Assembly (NCBI GenBank): GCA_014860355.1 | Contig: JACZJV010000062.1 | Span: 759-64,758, forward strand | Length of the DNA stretch: 64,000 bases | Source of the DNA: Burkholderiales bacterium | Lineage (GTDB): Bacteria > Pseudomonadota > Gammaproteobacteria > Burkholderiales > SG8-39 | Direction: 5' to 3' | Shown here: positions 55,588 to 64,000 of the stretch, piece by piece | Layout of the letters: each line of letters starts with the position of its first letter | Numbering within the stretch: the stretch's first letter is position 1 | Translations under genes and position numbers: made by a program | Notes under the pieces: generated by a model | Told to the model about the DNA's origin: nothing | The model's input: only the letters and a program-made list of their open reading frames with translations | Database searches by the model: none

Positions 55588-55616
55588 CGCTCAATGTACC
55601 CGGCCGGCCCGCACAA

Positions 55617-56402
55617 TCAGGCCAGCGCCTTTTTCTGGGACGGCGCCTTCCCTGCGGACTCGAGTTGCTCGCTGGTGCGGCCGAAGCGGCGCTCGCGCCG
55701 CTGATAGGATTCGATCGCCCGGTCCAGCGCCATCGCGTCGAAGTCTGGCCACAGGATATCGGTGAAGTAAAATTCGCTGTAGGCAAGCTGCCACAGCAGA
55801 AAGTTGCTGATGCGCTGTTCCCCGCCGGTGCGGATGAACAAGTCCGGCTCCGGCGCGTAGGCCATGGCAAGGTGGCTGGCGAATTCCTCCTCGGTAAAGC
55901 CGCCACGCTGCTCCGGTCTTGACTCGATCAGGTGTTGCATGGCCTGCATCAGATCCCATCGTCCGCCGTAGTTCGCCGCTATGGTGAGAGTCATGCTCTT
56001 GTTTGCGCGGGTCAACTGCTCGGCGCGCGCCACCAGCTCGGTGATTTTCTTCCCGAACGGCGCGATGTCGCCCACTACCCGCAGGCAGATGCCGTTGCGG
56101 TGCAGTTTTTCTGCTTCCCGCTCCAGCGCAATGATGAACAACTGCTTCAGCATCGAAACTTCTTCTTCCGGCCGGCGCCAGTTCTCCGAACTGAATGCGA
56201 ACAGGGTCAGGTACTCGACGCCCCGCGCTACACAGGCTTTGACGATCTCGCGCACGATCTCCACGCCGCGCTTGTGCCCCGCGGCTCGCGGCAGCTTGCG
56301 CTGCTTGGCCCAGCGCCCGTTCCCATCCATGATAATCGCAATATGCCGCGGAACCGCCTTCACCTGCGGAATATCGCGTGTCGAGCTGGAAAATGTAGTC
56401 AT
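55617..56402 (-). CDS. uppS: Undecaprenyl diphosphate synthase
   Basis: [32 protein letters not shown]; [27 protein letters not shown]. Confidence 0.98.
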   Translation of the reverse strand: MTTFSSSTRDIPQVKAVPRHIAIIMDGNGRWAKQRKLPRAAGHKRGVEIVREIVKACVARGVEYLTLFAFSSENWRRPEEEVSMLKQLFIIALEREAEKLHRNGICLRVVGDIAPFGKKITELVARAEQLTRANKSMTLTIAANYGGRWDLMQAMQHLIESRPEQRGGFTEEEFASHLAMAYAPEPDLFIRTGGEQRISNFLLWQLAYSEFYFTDILWPDFDAMALDRAIESYQRRERRFGRTSEQLESAGKAPSQKKALA

Positions 56403-56430
56403 GAATGTCTCGGTCCAAGAGGCGCGCGGG

Positions 56431-56988
56431 TCAAACCGCCATCAGGTCGGCTTCTTTGGCAGCGAGCAGTTTGTCTATTTCGGCGATGAACTTGTCCGTG
56501 AGCTTCTGGATCTCGTCCTGGGCCCGGCGCTCGTCGTCCTCGGATACCTCCTTTTGCTTGAGCAGATCCTTGAGGTGGTGATTGGCGTCGCGCCGCAGAT
56601 TTCTCACCGCCACCTTGGCGTTCTCGCCTTCGCCTTTGACCACTTTGATGAGTTCGCGCCTGCGCTCCTCGGTCAGCGCCGGCATCGGTACGCGGATCAA
56701 GTCTCCCTGCGAAGCGGGATTGAGTCCAAGATCAGAATCGCGTATCGCCTTTTCGATCAACGCGCCCATCTTTTTTTCCCAGGGCGATATGCCGATGGTG
56801 CGCGCGTCGATCAGGGTCAGGTTGGCGACCTGGTTGATCGGCATCGCGGTGCCGTAGTAATCGACCGTGACGTGGTCGAGGATGCCGGTGTGCGCTCGCC
56901 CGGTGCGCACCTTGCCCAGGTCGGTCTTCAGCGCTTCGAGCGACTTTTGCATCTTCTGCTCGGCGGTTTTTTTGACATCAGCGATCAT
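56431..56988 (-). CDS. frr: Ribosome recycling factor
   Basis: [47 protein letters not shown]. Confidence 0.98.
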   Translation of the reverse strand: MIADVKKTAEQKMQKSLEALKTDLGKVRTGRAHTGILDHVTVDYYGTAMPINQVANLTLIDARTIGISPWEKKMGALIEKAIRDSDLGLNPASQGDLIRVPMPALTEERRRELIKVVKGEGENAKVAVRNLRRDANHHLKDLLKQKEVSEDDERRAQDEIQKLTDKFIAEIDKLLAAKEADLMAV

Positions 56989-57004
56989 GGTCAGCCCCTC
57001 TCAT

Positions 57005-57733
57005 TCAACTATGTACCAATGTTCCTTCGTTTTCGCCCATCACCACCCGTTTCAGCGCGCCGGGCTTGAAGATGCTGAACACGTTGATCGGCAGCTTCTG
57101 ATCGCGGCACAGGGTCAGGGCGGTCGCGTCCATTACCCTGAGATTCTGGTTGATCGCGTCGTCGAAGCTTACCCGGTCATAGCGCCGCGCCTGCGCATCG
57201 GTGTTCGGGTCGGCGCTGTACACGCCGTCAACTTTGGTCGCCTTGAGCACGATATCACAGCCCATCTCGGTGCCGCGCAGCGCTGCCGCCGTGTCCGTGG
57301 TGAAGAACGGATTGCCCGTGCCGGCTGCGAAAATCACGATCTTGCCCTCCTCCAGATAGCGCATCGCTTTGCCGCGTATGTACGGTTCGACTACCTGCTC
57401 GATGTTGAGCGCCGATTGCACCCGGCCGTTCAGGCCGCCGCGGCGCATGGCGTCCTGCAGGGCGAGCGCATTCATTACGGTGGCGAGCATGCCCATGTAG
57501 TCGGCGGTGGCCCGATCCATTCCGGCGGCGGCAGGTGCCACGCCGCGGAAGATATTGCCGCCGCCGATAACCACGGCAATTTCCAGCCCCAGCGCCGCCA
57601 CTGCGGCGATTTCGGCGACGATGCGGTCTATGGTCACCCGATTTATGCCATACGCATCCTCGCCCATCAGTGCCTCGCCCGAAAGCTTGAGCAGGATGCG
57701 CTTGTAGGCCGGGGTTGCGGTCACGGCGTTCAA
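57005..57733 (-). CDS. pyrH: UMP kinase
   Basis: [27 protein letters not shown]; [21 protein letters not shown]. Confidence 0.98.
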   Translation of the reverse strand: MNAVTATPAYKRILLKLSGEALMGEDAYGINRVTIDRIVAEIAAVAALGLEIAVVIGGGNIFRGVAPAAAGMDRATADYMGMLATVMNALALQDAMRRGGLNGRVQSALNIEQVVEPYIRGKAMRYLEEGKIVIFAAGTGNPFFTTDTAAALRGTEMGCDIVLKATKVDGVYSADPNTDAQARRYDRVSFDDAINQNLRVMDATALTLCRDQKLPINVFSIFKPGALKRVVMGENEGTLVHS

Positions 57734-58611
57734 CTCGTCGCGGCTTTGGCCTGCGCCGCCACTTCGGCGGCGAAATCGCTAGCTTTCTTCTCGATGCCCT
57801 CGCCCGCGACGAAAAACTTGTAGCTGAGCAGCTTGGCGTGCTTTGCGGCCAGCATCTTTTCCACCGTCAGCTTGTCGTCCTTGACGAAAGCCTGTCCAAG
57901 CAGGGTGATCTCGCCTAGAAACTTGTTCATGCCGCCTTCGACCATTTTTTCGGCAATATTGGCCGGCTTGCCCGATTCCCGCGCGCGTGCGGCGAGGACG
58001 TCGCGCTCGCGCGCAAGCGCATCGGGGGATACCTGGTCGCGCGACATGTACTGCGGCCTGGCGAACGCAATGTGCATGGCGAGATCCTTGCCGACCTCGT
58101 CTTCTCCTTCGAATTCGATCAACACGCCGATCTTGACTCCATGCAGGTATTGCGCCAGCTTGGCGCCGGTGTGCAACCGGTGAAAGCGGCGAATGCTCAG
58201 ATTCTCGCCGATCTTCTGCACCAGGGCCTGGCGCCGGGTCTCGACCGTGCCCGACTCAAGCCCGAGCGCGGAGAGCGCCGCCACGTCGGCCGGATCATCG
58301 TTTGCCACGAGTTGTGCCAGCGTCGAAGCAAATTCGAGAAAATCCGAGTTCTTGGCGACGAAATCGGTCTCGCAATTCACTTCAACCAATGCTGCGGTCT
58401 TCCCGTCTGCCGCAAGATACGCGCCGATCACGCCTTCGGCCGCCACGCGTCCGGCGGCCTTGTTCGCTTTGGCGCCGCTCTTGATGCGCAATAGATCTTC
58501 GGCGGATTTCAGGTCGCCCCCGGTCTCTACCAGGGCCTTCTTGCATTCCATCATGCCCAGGCCGGTAATTTCGCGCAATTCCCGGACCATGGTGGCGGTA
58601 ACTTCTGCCAT
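57730..58611 (-). CDS. tsf: Elongation factor Ts
   Basis: [34 protein letters not shown]; [14 protein letters not shown]. Confidence 0.98.
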   Translation of the reverse strand: MAEVTATMVRELREITGLGMMECKKALVETGGDLKSAEDLLRIKSGAKANKAAGRVAAEGVIGAYLAADGKTAALVEVNCETDFVAKNSDFLEFASTLAQLVANDDPADVAALSALGLESGTVETRRQALVQKIGENLSIRRFHRLHTGAKLAQYLHGVKIGVLIEFEGEDEVGKDLAMHIAFARPQYMSRDQVSPDALARERDVLAARARESGKPANIAEKMVEGGMNKFLGEITLLGQAFVKDDKLTVEKMLAAKHAKLLSYKFFVAGEGIEKKASDFAAEVAAQAKAATS

Positions 58612-58631
58612 TTTCTTACTCCTCAAAGTTC

Positions 58632-58657
58632 AAAAAAAGGGGCTTTCGCCCCTTTTG
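58632..58657 (-). terminator. Rho-independent terminator/attenuator-like hairpin between rpsB and tsf
   Basis: Minus strand AAAAGGGGC-GAAA-GCCCC-TTTTTTT. Confidence 0.8.
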
Positions 58658-58677
58658 CACGGTAGTACCACTGCTGC

Positions 58678-59433
58678 TTAGCCGAGGGACTCGTCCGGGG
58701 TTTCCAGTTCCACGAATTCGTCCGCGCCTGCGCCTGCGACGATCTCCTGCACCGACATGTCGCGCCCCTCGAGAATCGCGTCGGCCACGCCCCGGGCGTA
58801 CAGGCGGATCGCACGGCTGGAATCGTCGTTGCCAGGAATCACGTGGCTGATGCCCTCGGGCGAATGGTTGGTGTCGACCACGCCGATGATCGGTATGCCC
58901 AGCTTGTTGGCTTCGACCACTGCGCCTTTCTGATAGCCCACGTCAATAATGAATAGCGCATCGGGCACGCCGGTGAGATCCTTGATGCCGCCCAGGCTGC
59001 GTTCGAATTTGACCAATTCGCGCTGGATGCCCAAGGCCTCTTTTTTCGGCATTTTTTCCAGGCTGCCGTCGGCGAGCATCGCTTCCATTTCCTTCAGGCG
59101 TTTGATCGACTGCTTGACGGTCTTGAAATTGGTCAGCATGCCGCCGAGCCAGCGATGGTCGACGTAGGGCGCGCCGCAGCGCAGCGCCTCTTCCTTGATG
59201 ATCTCGCGCGCCTGGCGCTTGGTGCCTACGAACAGGATGGTGCCTTTGTTCGAGGACAGTTTCTTGACGTATTTCATCGCCTCCTGGTACATGACCAGGG
59301 TCTTTTCCAGGTTGACGATGTGAATCTTGTTGCGATGGCCGAATATGAAAGGAGCCATCTTGGGGTTCCAGAAGCGGGTCTGGTGGCCGAAATGCACCCC
59401 TGCTTCCAGCATTTGACGCATGGTCGTAGACAT
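58678..59433 (-). CDS. rpsB: 30S ribosomal protein S2
   Basis: [41 protein letters not shown]. Confidence 0.99.
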   Translation of the reverse strand: MSTTMRQMLEAGVHFGHQTRFWNPKMAPFIFGHRNKIHIVNLEKTLVMYQEAMKYVKKLSSNKGTILFVGTKRQAREIIKEEALRCGAPYVDHRWLGGMLTNFKTVKQSIKRLKEMEAMLADGSLEKMPKKEALGIQRELVKFERSLGGIKDLTGVPDALFIIDVGYQKGAVVEANKLGIPIIGVVDTNHSPEGISHVIPGNDDSSRAIRLYARGVADAILEGRDMSVQEIVAGAGADEFVELETPDESLG

Positions 59434-59446
59434 TAGAACTTCTCCA

Positions 59447-59502
59447 TTTAGGGTTGGTCATAGCCGCCCGGCTCGTTATAACCCCGTTTGGGGCACCCTA
59501 AA
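59447..59502 (-). promoter_or_regulatory. Structured 5' leader of rpsB (candidate S2 autoregulatory element)
   Basis: 8-bp closing inverted repeat TTTAGGGT (59447-59454)/ACCCTAAA (59495-59502) enclosing AGCCG/CGGCT and CCCC-GTTT-GGGG hairpins, directly upstream of the SD. Confidence 0.5.
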
Positions 59503-59783
59503 GAGGGGCGGATCAAATTTAGCCAGGAAATCTGACTAGCGAAATAGTATATCATGAAGCACGAGCTCTGCTCAAGAAATGCGCGACTAAACAGCAGATT
59601 AAGCCCTGCGTACGCGTCCAGGCGAAATCGCCGGCCGCGTTGCGCAAAATTGCTGCCGGGCACCATTGAGCAGACCGGAGCCTGTCTGCATTCAGCGCGC
59701 TGCGAGCGCGGGATGCCTCAGGCGCAGCTTCCCTTAGCCAGGGCTATCCTTTATCCTTCCCACCCTTTGGGCACAGCCAGCAG

Positions 59784-60593
59784 ATGAGCATCCAGATCAA
59801 GACCCCGGAAGATATCAAGAAAATGCATGTCGCCGGGCGCCTTGCGGCGGAAGTGCTCGATTTCATCGCCCCGCAGGTCAAATCCGGGATTACGACGGGC
59901 GAGCTCGACCGCCTTTGCCACGACTACATGGTCAAGGTGCAGAAAACGGTGCCGGCACCGCTGCATTATGCGCCGCCGGGCTACCAGCCTTATCCCAAGT
60001 CGATTTGCACCTCGATCAATCATCAGGTCTGTCATGGGATTCCCGGCGACAGGCAGCTAAAACACGGCGACATCGTCAATATCGACATCACGGTGATCAA
60101 GGACGGATACCACGGCGACACCAGCCGCATGTTCTATGTCGGCGAGCCTGCGATCCAGGCGCGCCGCCTGTGCGAAACGACCTACGAATGCATGTGGATG
60201 GGCATCCAGGCCGTCAAGCCAGGCGCCCATCTGGGCGACATCGGCGAGGCCATTCAGAAGCACGCCGAGGGGCACGGTTACAGCGTGGTGCGTGAATTTT
60301 GCGGCCACGGAATCGGCAGGAAGTTCCACGAAGAGCCGCAGGTGCTGCATTACGGCCGCGCCGGCACCGGCGTCGCCTTGCAGCCCGGAATGATTTTCAC
60401 CATCGAACCGATGATCAATGCCGGAAAGGCGGCGATCCGCGAACTCTCCGACGGTTGGACCATCGTGACCAAGGACCACAGCCTGTCGGCGCAGTGGGAG
60501 CATACCGTGCTCGTAACCGAAACCGGGCACGAGGTGCTGACCCTGTCCGAGGGTGCACCGGCGCAACCCGCTCCTAAACACGCTCCCCGCTGA
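59784..60593 (+). CDS. map: Methionine aminopeptidase, type I
   Basis: MSIQIKTPEDIKKMHVAGRLAAEVLDFI; NHQVCHGIPGD; EFCGHGIGRKFHEEPQVLHYG. Confidence 0.98.
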   Translation: MSIQIKTPEDIKKMHVAGRLAAEVLDFIAPQVKSGITTGELDRLCHDYMVKVQKTVPAPLHYAPPGYQPYPKSICTSINHQVCHGIPGDRQLKHGDIVNIDITVIKDGYHGDTSRMFYVGEPAIQARRLCETTYECMWMGIQAVKPGAHLGDIGEAIQKHAEGHGYSVVREFCGHGIGRKFHEEPQVLHYGRAGTGVALQPGMIFTIEPMINAGKAAIRELSDGWTIVTKDHSLSAQWEHTVLVTETGHEVLTLSEGAPAQPAPKHAPR

Positions 60594-63178
60594 TGCCCAA
60601 CGCGCAATTGGCAGCTGTCGTGCGGCATTCCGCGGCCAGCCTGCGCGAACCGTTGCAGCGGGATCGGCGCGCTCTGCACGAGCGCTATGCCGCGGATGGG
60701 GAAGCACCGCGCCTGCTGCGCCAGCACCGGGCGCTCATCGACCGCGCGCTGCGTAGTTTGTGGAAGGAGGCGGCCCTGCCCGGCTCGCTGGCTCTTGCCG
60801 CGGTCGGCGGATACGGGCGCGGCGAGCTGTTTCCGCATTCCGACGTCGATCTGCTGGTGCTCCTGCCGTGGGAGCCGGACGCGGAACTTAAAGCCAAGCT
60901 GGAGGGGCTGATAGGCAGGCTTTGGGACACCGGCCTCGAACCCGGCCACGGTGTGCGCACGATCGAGGAATGCCTGTTCGAGTCGGCCAAGGACATTACC
61001 GTACAGACCAGCCTGCTGGAAGCGAGATGGCTGGCCGGCAGCCGCAGTCTGTATGCCGCTTTCACCCATGCCATGCGCGAGCAGCTCGATCCGCAGCATT
61101 TCTTCCAGTCCAAGCGCCTGGAGCAGGAGCAGCGACACGGCAAATACCAGGAAAGCCCCTACAGTCTCGAACCCAATTTAAAGGAGGCGCCGGGGGGCCT
61201 GCGCGACCTGCAGGTGATTCTGTGGATCTGCCGCTGCGCCGGTTTGGGCGAAAACTGGATGCAGCTCGCTGCGCGCGAACTCATAACCACCGTCGAAGCG
61301 CGCCAGCTCGCGCGATACCAGAAGTTCCTGAGCGAACTGCGTATCCGCCTGCACTACATCGCGGGCCGCCGCGAGGACCGGCTGCTGTTCGATTACCAGA
61401 GCAGCCTGGCTGCGCAGCTGGGCTTCGTCGACACACCGAGCAAGCGCGCCAGCGAACAGATGATGCAGCGCTATTACCGCACCGCCAAGGCGATCACGCA
61501 GCTCAACACGCTGCTGCTGCAGAATATCGGCGTGGAGCTGCTTTCGAGCGACGACAGTCCGCTGGAAATCCTCAACGAGCGCTTCCAGGCCGCGCACGAA
61601 CTGCTGGAGGCGCGCGATGCCGATCTGTTCGAGCGCCAGCCGGGCGCCATCCTGGAGAGCTTCCTGCTGCTGCAGCAGCACTCCGAGCTGAAAGGCATGG
61701 GCGCGCCGACGCTGCGCGCGCTGTGGCGCGCGCGCGCCGGAATCGACGCCCGCTTCCGGCGCGACCCGGCCAATTGCGCGCAGTTCATGCAGATCCTGCA
61801 GCAGCCGCGCGGACTGGTGCACGCGCTGCGGCGCATGAATCAATATTCCATACTCGGGCGCTATCTGCCCGCGTTCGGCAAGATCGTCGGGCAGATGCAA
61901 TACGATCTGTTCCACGCCTATACCGTGGACCAGCACATCCTCAACGTGATCCGCAATCTACGCCGCTTCACCATGATCGAATTCGCCCACGAGTATCCGC
62001 AGTGCAGCCGCCTGATTGCGGGGTTCGAGCGCCACTGGCTGCTTTATGTCGCAGCGCTGTTCCACGACATCGCCAAGGGCCGCGGAGGCGACCATTCCAG
62101 GCTCGGCATGCGCGACGCACGCGGTTTCTGCCGGCTGCACGGCCTGACGCGCGAGGACACCGAACTGGTCGCATTCCTGGTCGAGCACCATTTGACCATG
62201 TCTTCTGTCGCGCAGAAGCGCGATCTTTCCGATCCCGACGTCATCGAGGCCTTCGCGCGCACGGCGAAGACCGAACGCCGGCTCACTGCGCTGTACCTGC
62301 TGACGGTTGCCGATGTGCGCGGCACCAGCCCCAAGGTATGGAACGCCTGGAAGGGCAAACTGCTGGAAGACCTGTTCCTGCTCGCGCGGCGCCTGCTGCG
62401 CGGCGATGGCGTGGGCTTCGAGCAGGATATTCAGGCCAAACAGGAGGAAGCGCTGCGACTGCTGCGCCTGTACGCCCTGTCGGACGAAGTCAAGGACAGG
62501 CTTTGGAGCGAGCTCGATGTGGCCTATTTTCTGCGTCACGACGCGCAGGACATCGCCTGGCAGACCCGTACCCTGCACTACCGCGTCGACACCGACCGGC
62601 CGGTGGTGAAAGCGCGCCTCTCTCCCATAGGCGAAGGGCTGCAGGTGATGATCTATACGCGCGACCAGCGCGACCTGTTCGCGCGCATCTGCGGCTATTT
62701 CGAACAGATCAACTACAGCATCGCCGACGCCCGCATTCACACCACGGGCCACGGCTACGCCCTGGATACGTTCCTGTTGCTGGGCCCGGGCAACAATCCG
62801 CATTATCGCGACATGATCAGCCTGATCGAGACCGACCTGGCCGAACGGCTGCAGCGTCAGACGCCACTGCATCCCCCCACCCGCGGCCGCGTTTCGCGCC
62901 AGCTGCGGCATTTTCCGATCACACCGGAGGTCCATATCCGGCCGGATGAAAAAGGCGCGAGTTACGCGCTGTCCATCATCGCCGGCGACCGCCCCGGCCT
63001 GCTCTATGCCATTGCGCTGGTGCTGGGCAAGTACGACATCAACCTGGTCACCGCCAAGATCGTGACGCTGGGCGAGCGCGCAGAAGACGTGTTCCTGGTA
63101 TCGGGCGAGGCGCTTGCCATACCCAAGACCGTGCTGCAACTCGAGAGCGATCTGCTCGACGCATTGCAGCTCAACTAG
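60593..63178 (+). CDS. glnD: Bifunctional [protein-PII] uridylyltransferase/uridylyl-removing enzyme
   Basis: AVGGYGRGELFPHSDVDLLVLLPW; HDIAKGRGGDHSRLG; two C-terminal ACT domains. Confidence 0.98.
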   Translation: MPNAQLAAVVRHSAASLREPLQRDRRALHERYAADGEAPRLLRQHRALIDRALRSLWKEAALPGSLALAAVGGYGRGELFPHSDVDLLVLLPWEPDAELKAKLEGLIGRLWDTGLEPGHGVRTIEECLFESAKDITVQTSLLEARWLAGSRSLYAAFTHAMREQLDPQHFFQSKRLEQEQRHGKYQESPYSLEPNLKEAPGGLRDLQVILWICRCAGLGENWMQLAARELITTVEARQLARYQKFLSELRIRLHYIAGRREDRLLFDYQSSLAAQLGFVDTPSKRASEQMMQRYYRTAKAITQLNTLLLQNIGVELLSSDDSPLEILNERFQAAHELLEARDADLFERQPGAILESFLLLQQHSELKGMGAPTLRALWRARAGIDARFRRDPANCAQFMQILQQPRGLVHALRRMNQYSILGRYLPAFGKIVGQMQYDLFHAYTVDQHILNVIRNLRRFTMIEFAHEYPQCSRLIAGFERHWLLYVAALFHDIAKGRGGDHSRLGMRDARGFCRLHGLTREDTELVAFLVEHHLTMSSVAQKRDLSDPDVIEAFARTAKTERRLTALYLLTVADVRGTSPKVWNAWKGKLLEDLFLLARRLLRGDGVGFEQDIQAKQEEALRLLRLYALSDEVKDRLWSELDVAYFLRHDAQDIAWQTRTLHYRVDTDRPVVKARLSPIGEGLQVMIYTRDQRDLFARICGYFEQINYSIADARIHTTGHGYALDTFLLLGPGNNPHYRDMISLIETDLAERLQRQTPLHPPTRGRVSRQLRHFPITPEVHIRPDEKGASYALSIIAGDRPGLLYAIALVLGKYDINLVTAKIVTLGERAEDVFLVSGEALAIPKTVLQLESDLLDALQLN

Positions 63179-63235
63179 GCTGCGGCCAGGTTATGCGGGG
63201 TGCGTACGCCCCTGCCGGCGGGTTTCATGCCGGCC

Positions 63236-63766
63236 TCATTCCTCCAGGATTTCCTCGCCCGGGAACAGCGCCTGGATGAAACCGAACTTGCTGAAATCGC
63301 GGATGCGCATCGGGTACAAAATGCCCTGCAGATGATCGCACTCGTGCTGCACCACGCGCGCGTGGAAGCCGCTTACGCTGCGGTCGATGCGATTGCCGCG
63401 CTCGTCAAAGCCCTGGTAGCGCAGTCGCGCATGGCGCGGCACCATGCCGCGCAGCCCCGGCACCGACAGGCAACCTTCCCAGTCCTCTTCGAGTTCGTCC
63501 GAAAGCGGCGTCAGTACCGGGTTGATGAGTACCGTATCGGGCACTTCCTCGGCCCGCGGGTAGCGATCGTTCCGGTCCACGCCGAACACAACCACCTGCA
63601 GTCCGACGCCGATCTGCGGCGCGGCCAGGCCCGCGCCGTTCAAGTGCGCCATGGTTTCGCGCATGTCGGCCAGCAGGGCGTGCAATCCGGGCGTATCGAA
63701 CGCTTCCACCGGCCGCGCCGCTTGCAGCAGGAACGGATCGCCCATCTTGAGTACCTCGCGGATCAT
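63236..63766 (-). CDS. def: Peptide deformylase
   Basis: [20 protein letters not shown]; [14 protein letters not shown]; [18 protein letters not shown]. Confidence 0.97.
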   Translation of the reverse strand: MIREVLKMGDPFLLQAARPVEAFDTPGLHALLADMRETMAHLNGAGLAAPQIGVGLQVVVFGVDRNDRYPRAEEVPDTVLINPVLTPLSDELEEDWEGCLSVPGLRGMVPRHARLRYQGFDERGNRIDRSVSGFHARVVQHECDHLQGILYPMRIRDFSKFGFIQALFPGEEILEE

Positions 63767-64000
63767 GCGCGCGACGCCAGTTTCTCGATGATCCGACGCA
63801 CGCGCGCCAGCGACTGCTGCAGCACCGGCTCGATGTCCTCCAGGCGTATGCCGTGCAGGCTGTCGCCGCGGCCGGCGGCGAAATTCGCTACCACCGCGAT
63901 GGTGGCGTAATCGAGTTCCGCCTCCCGCGCCAGCGCCGCTTCGGGCATGCCGGTCATGCCCACGACATCGGCGCCGTCGCGCTCGATCCGATTGATCTCC
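63763..64000 (-). CDS. MTAP/methylthioinosine phosphorylase-family nucleoside phosphorylase, C-terminal part, truncated by window edge
   Basis: [43 protein letters not shown]. Confidence 0.88.
   Translation of the reverse strand, partial: EINRIERDGADVVGMTGMPEAALAREAELDYATIAVVANFAAGRGDSLHGIRLEDIEPVLQQSLARVRRIIEKLASRA

Noticed and set aside
60922-62949. 675-aa alternative-frame ORF within glnD
   Set aside because: Out-of-frame Arg/Ala/Pro-rich translation of glnD

Overview
This is a GC-rich bacterial chromosomal window. Its gene order (rpoE-rseA-rseB-degP-lepA-lepB-rnc-era-recO-pdxJ-acpS and glnD-map/rpsB-tsf-pyrH-frr-uppS-cdsA-dxr-rseP-bamA-skp-lpxD-fabZ-lpxA-lpxB-rnhB) suggests a betaproteobacterium. 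That taxonomy is an inference. Most of the window is dense housekeeping sequence, including three tRNAs (Gly-GCC, Cys-GCA, Leu-TAA). The main accessory locus lies between the tRNAs at about 18.7-24.1 kb. It is a tight two-gene operon encoding a TPR + outer-membrane beta-barrel protein resembling Slam/DUF560 and a 1293-aa secreted FecR-domain protein. The second protein contains three tandem TbpB-like lobe modules and eight cysteines in four close pairs. I propose this as a candidate non-lipoprotein Slam-type (type XI) secretion/surface-display system. Other notable items are an OafA-type acyltransferase inserted beside an integrase N-terminal remnant, a hairpin cluster between lepA and lepB, a structured rpsB leader plus an rpsB-tsf attenuator-like hairpin, and a fused class II aldolase/SDR next to mtnA. 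No CRISPR array or intact mobile element was seen. All family calls come from reading the sequence; no database search was run.
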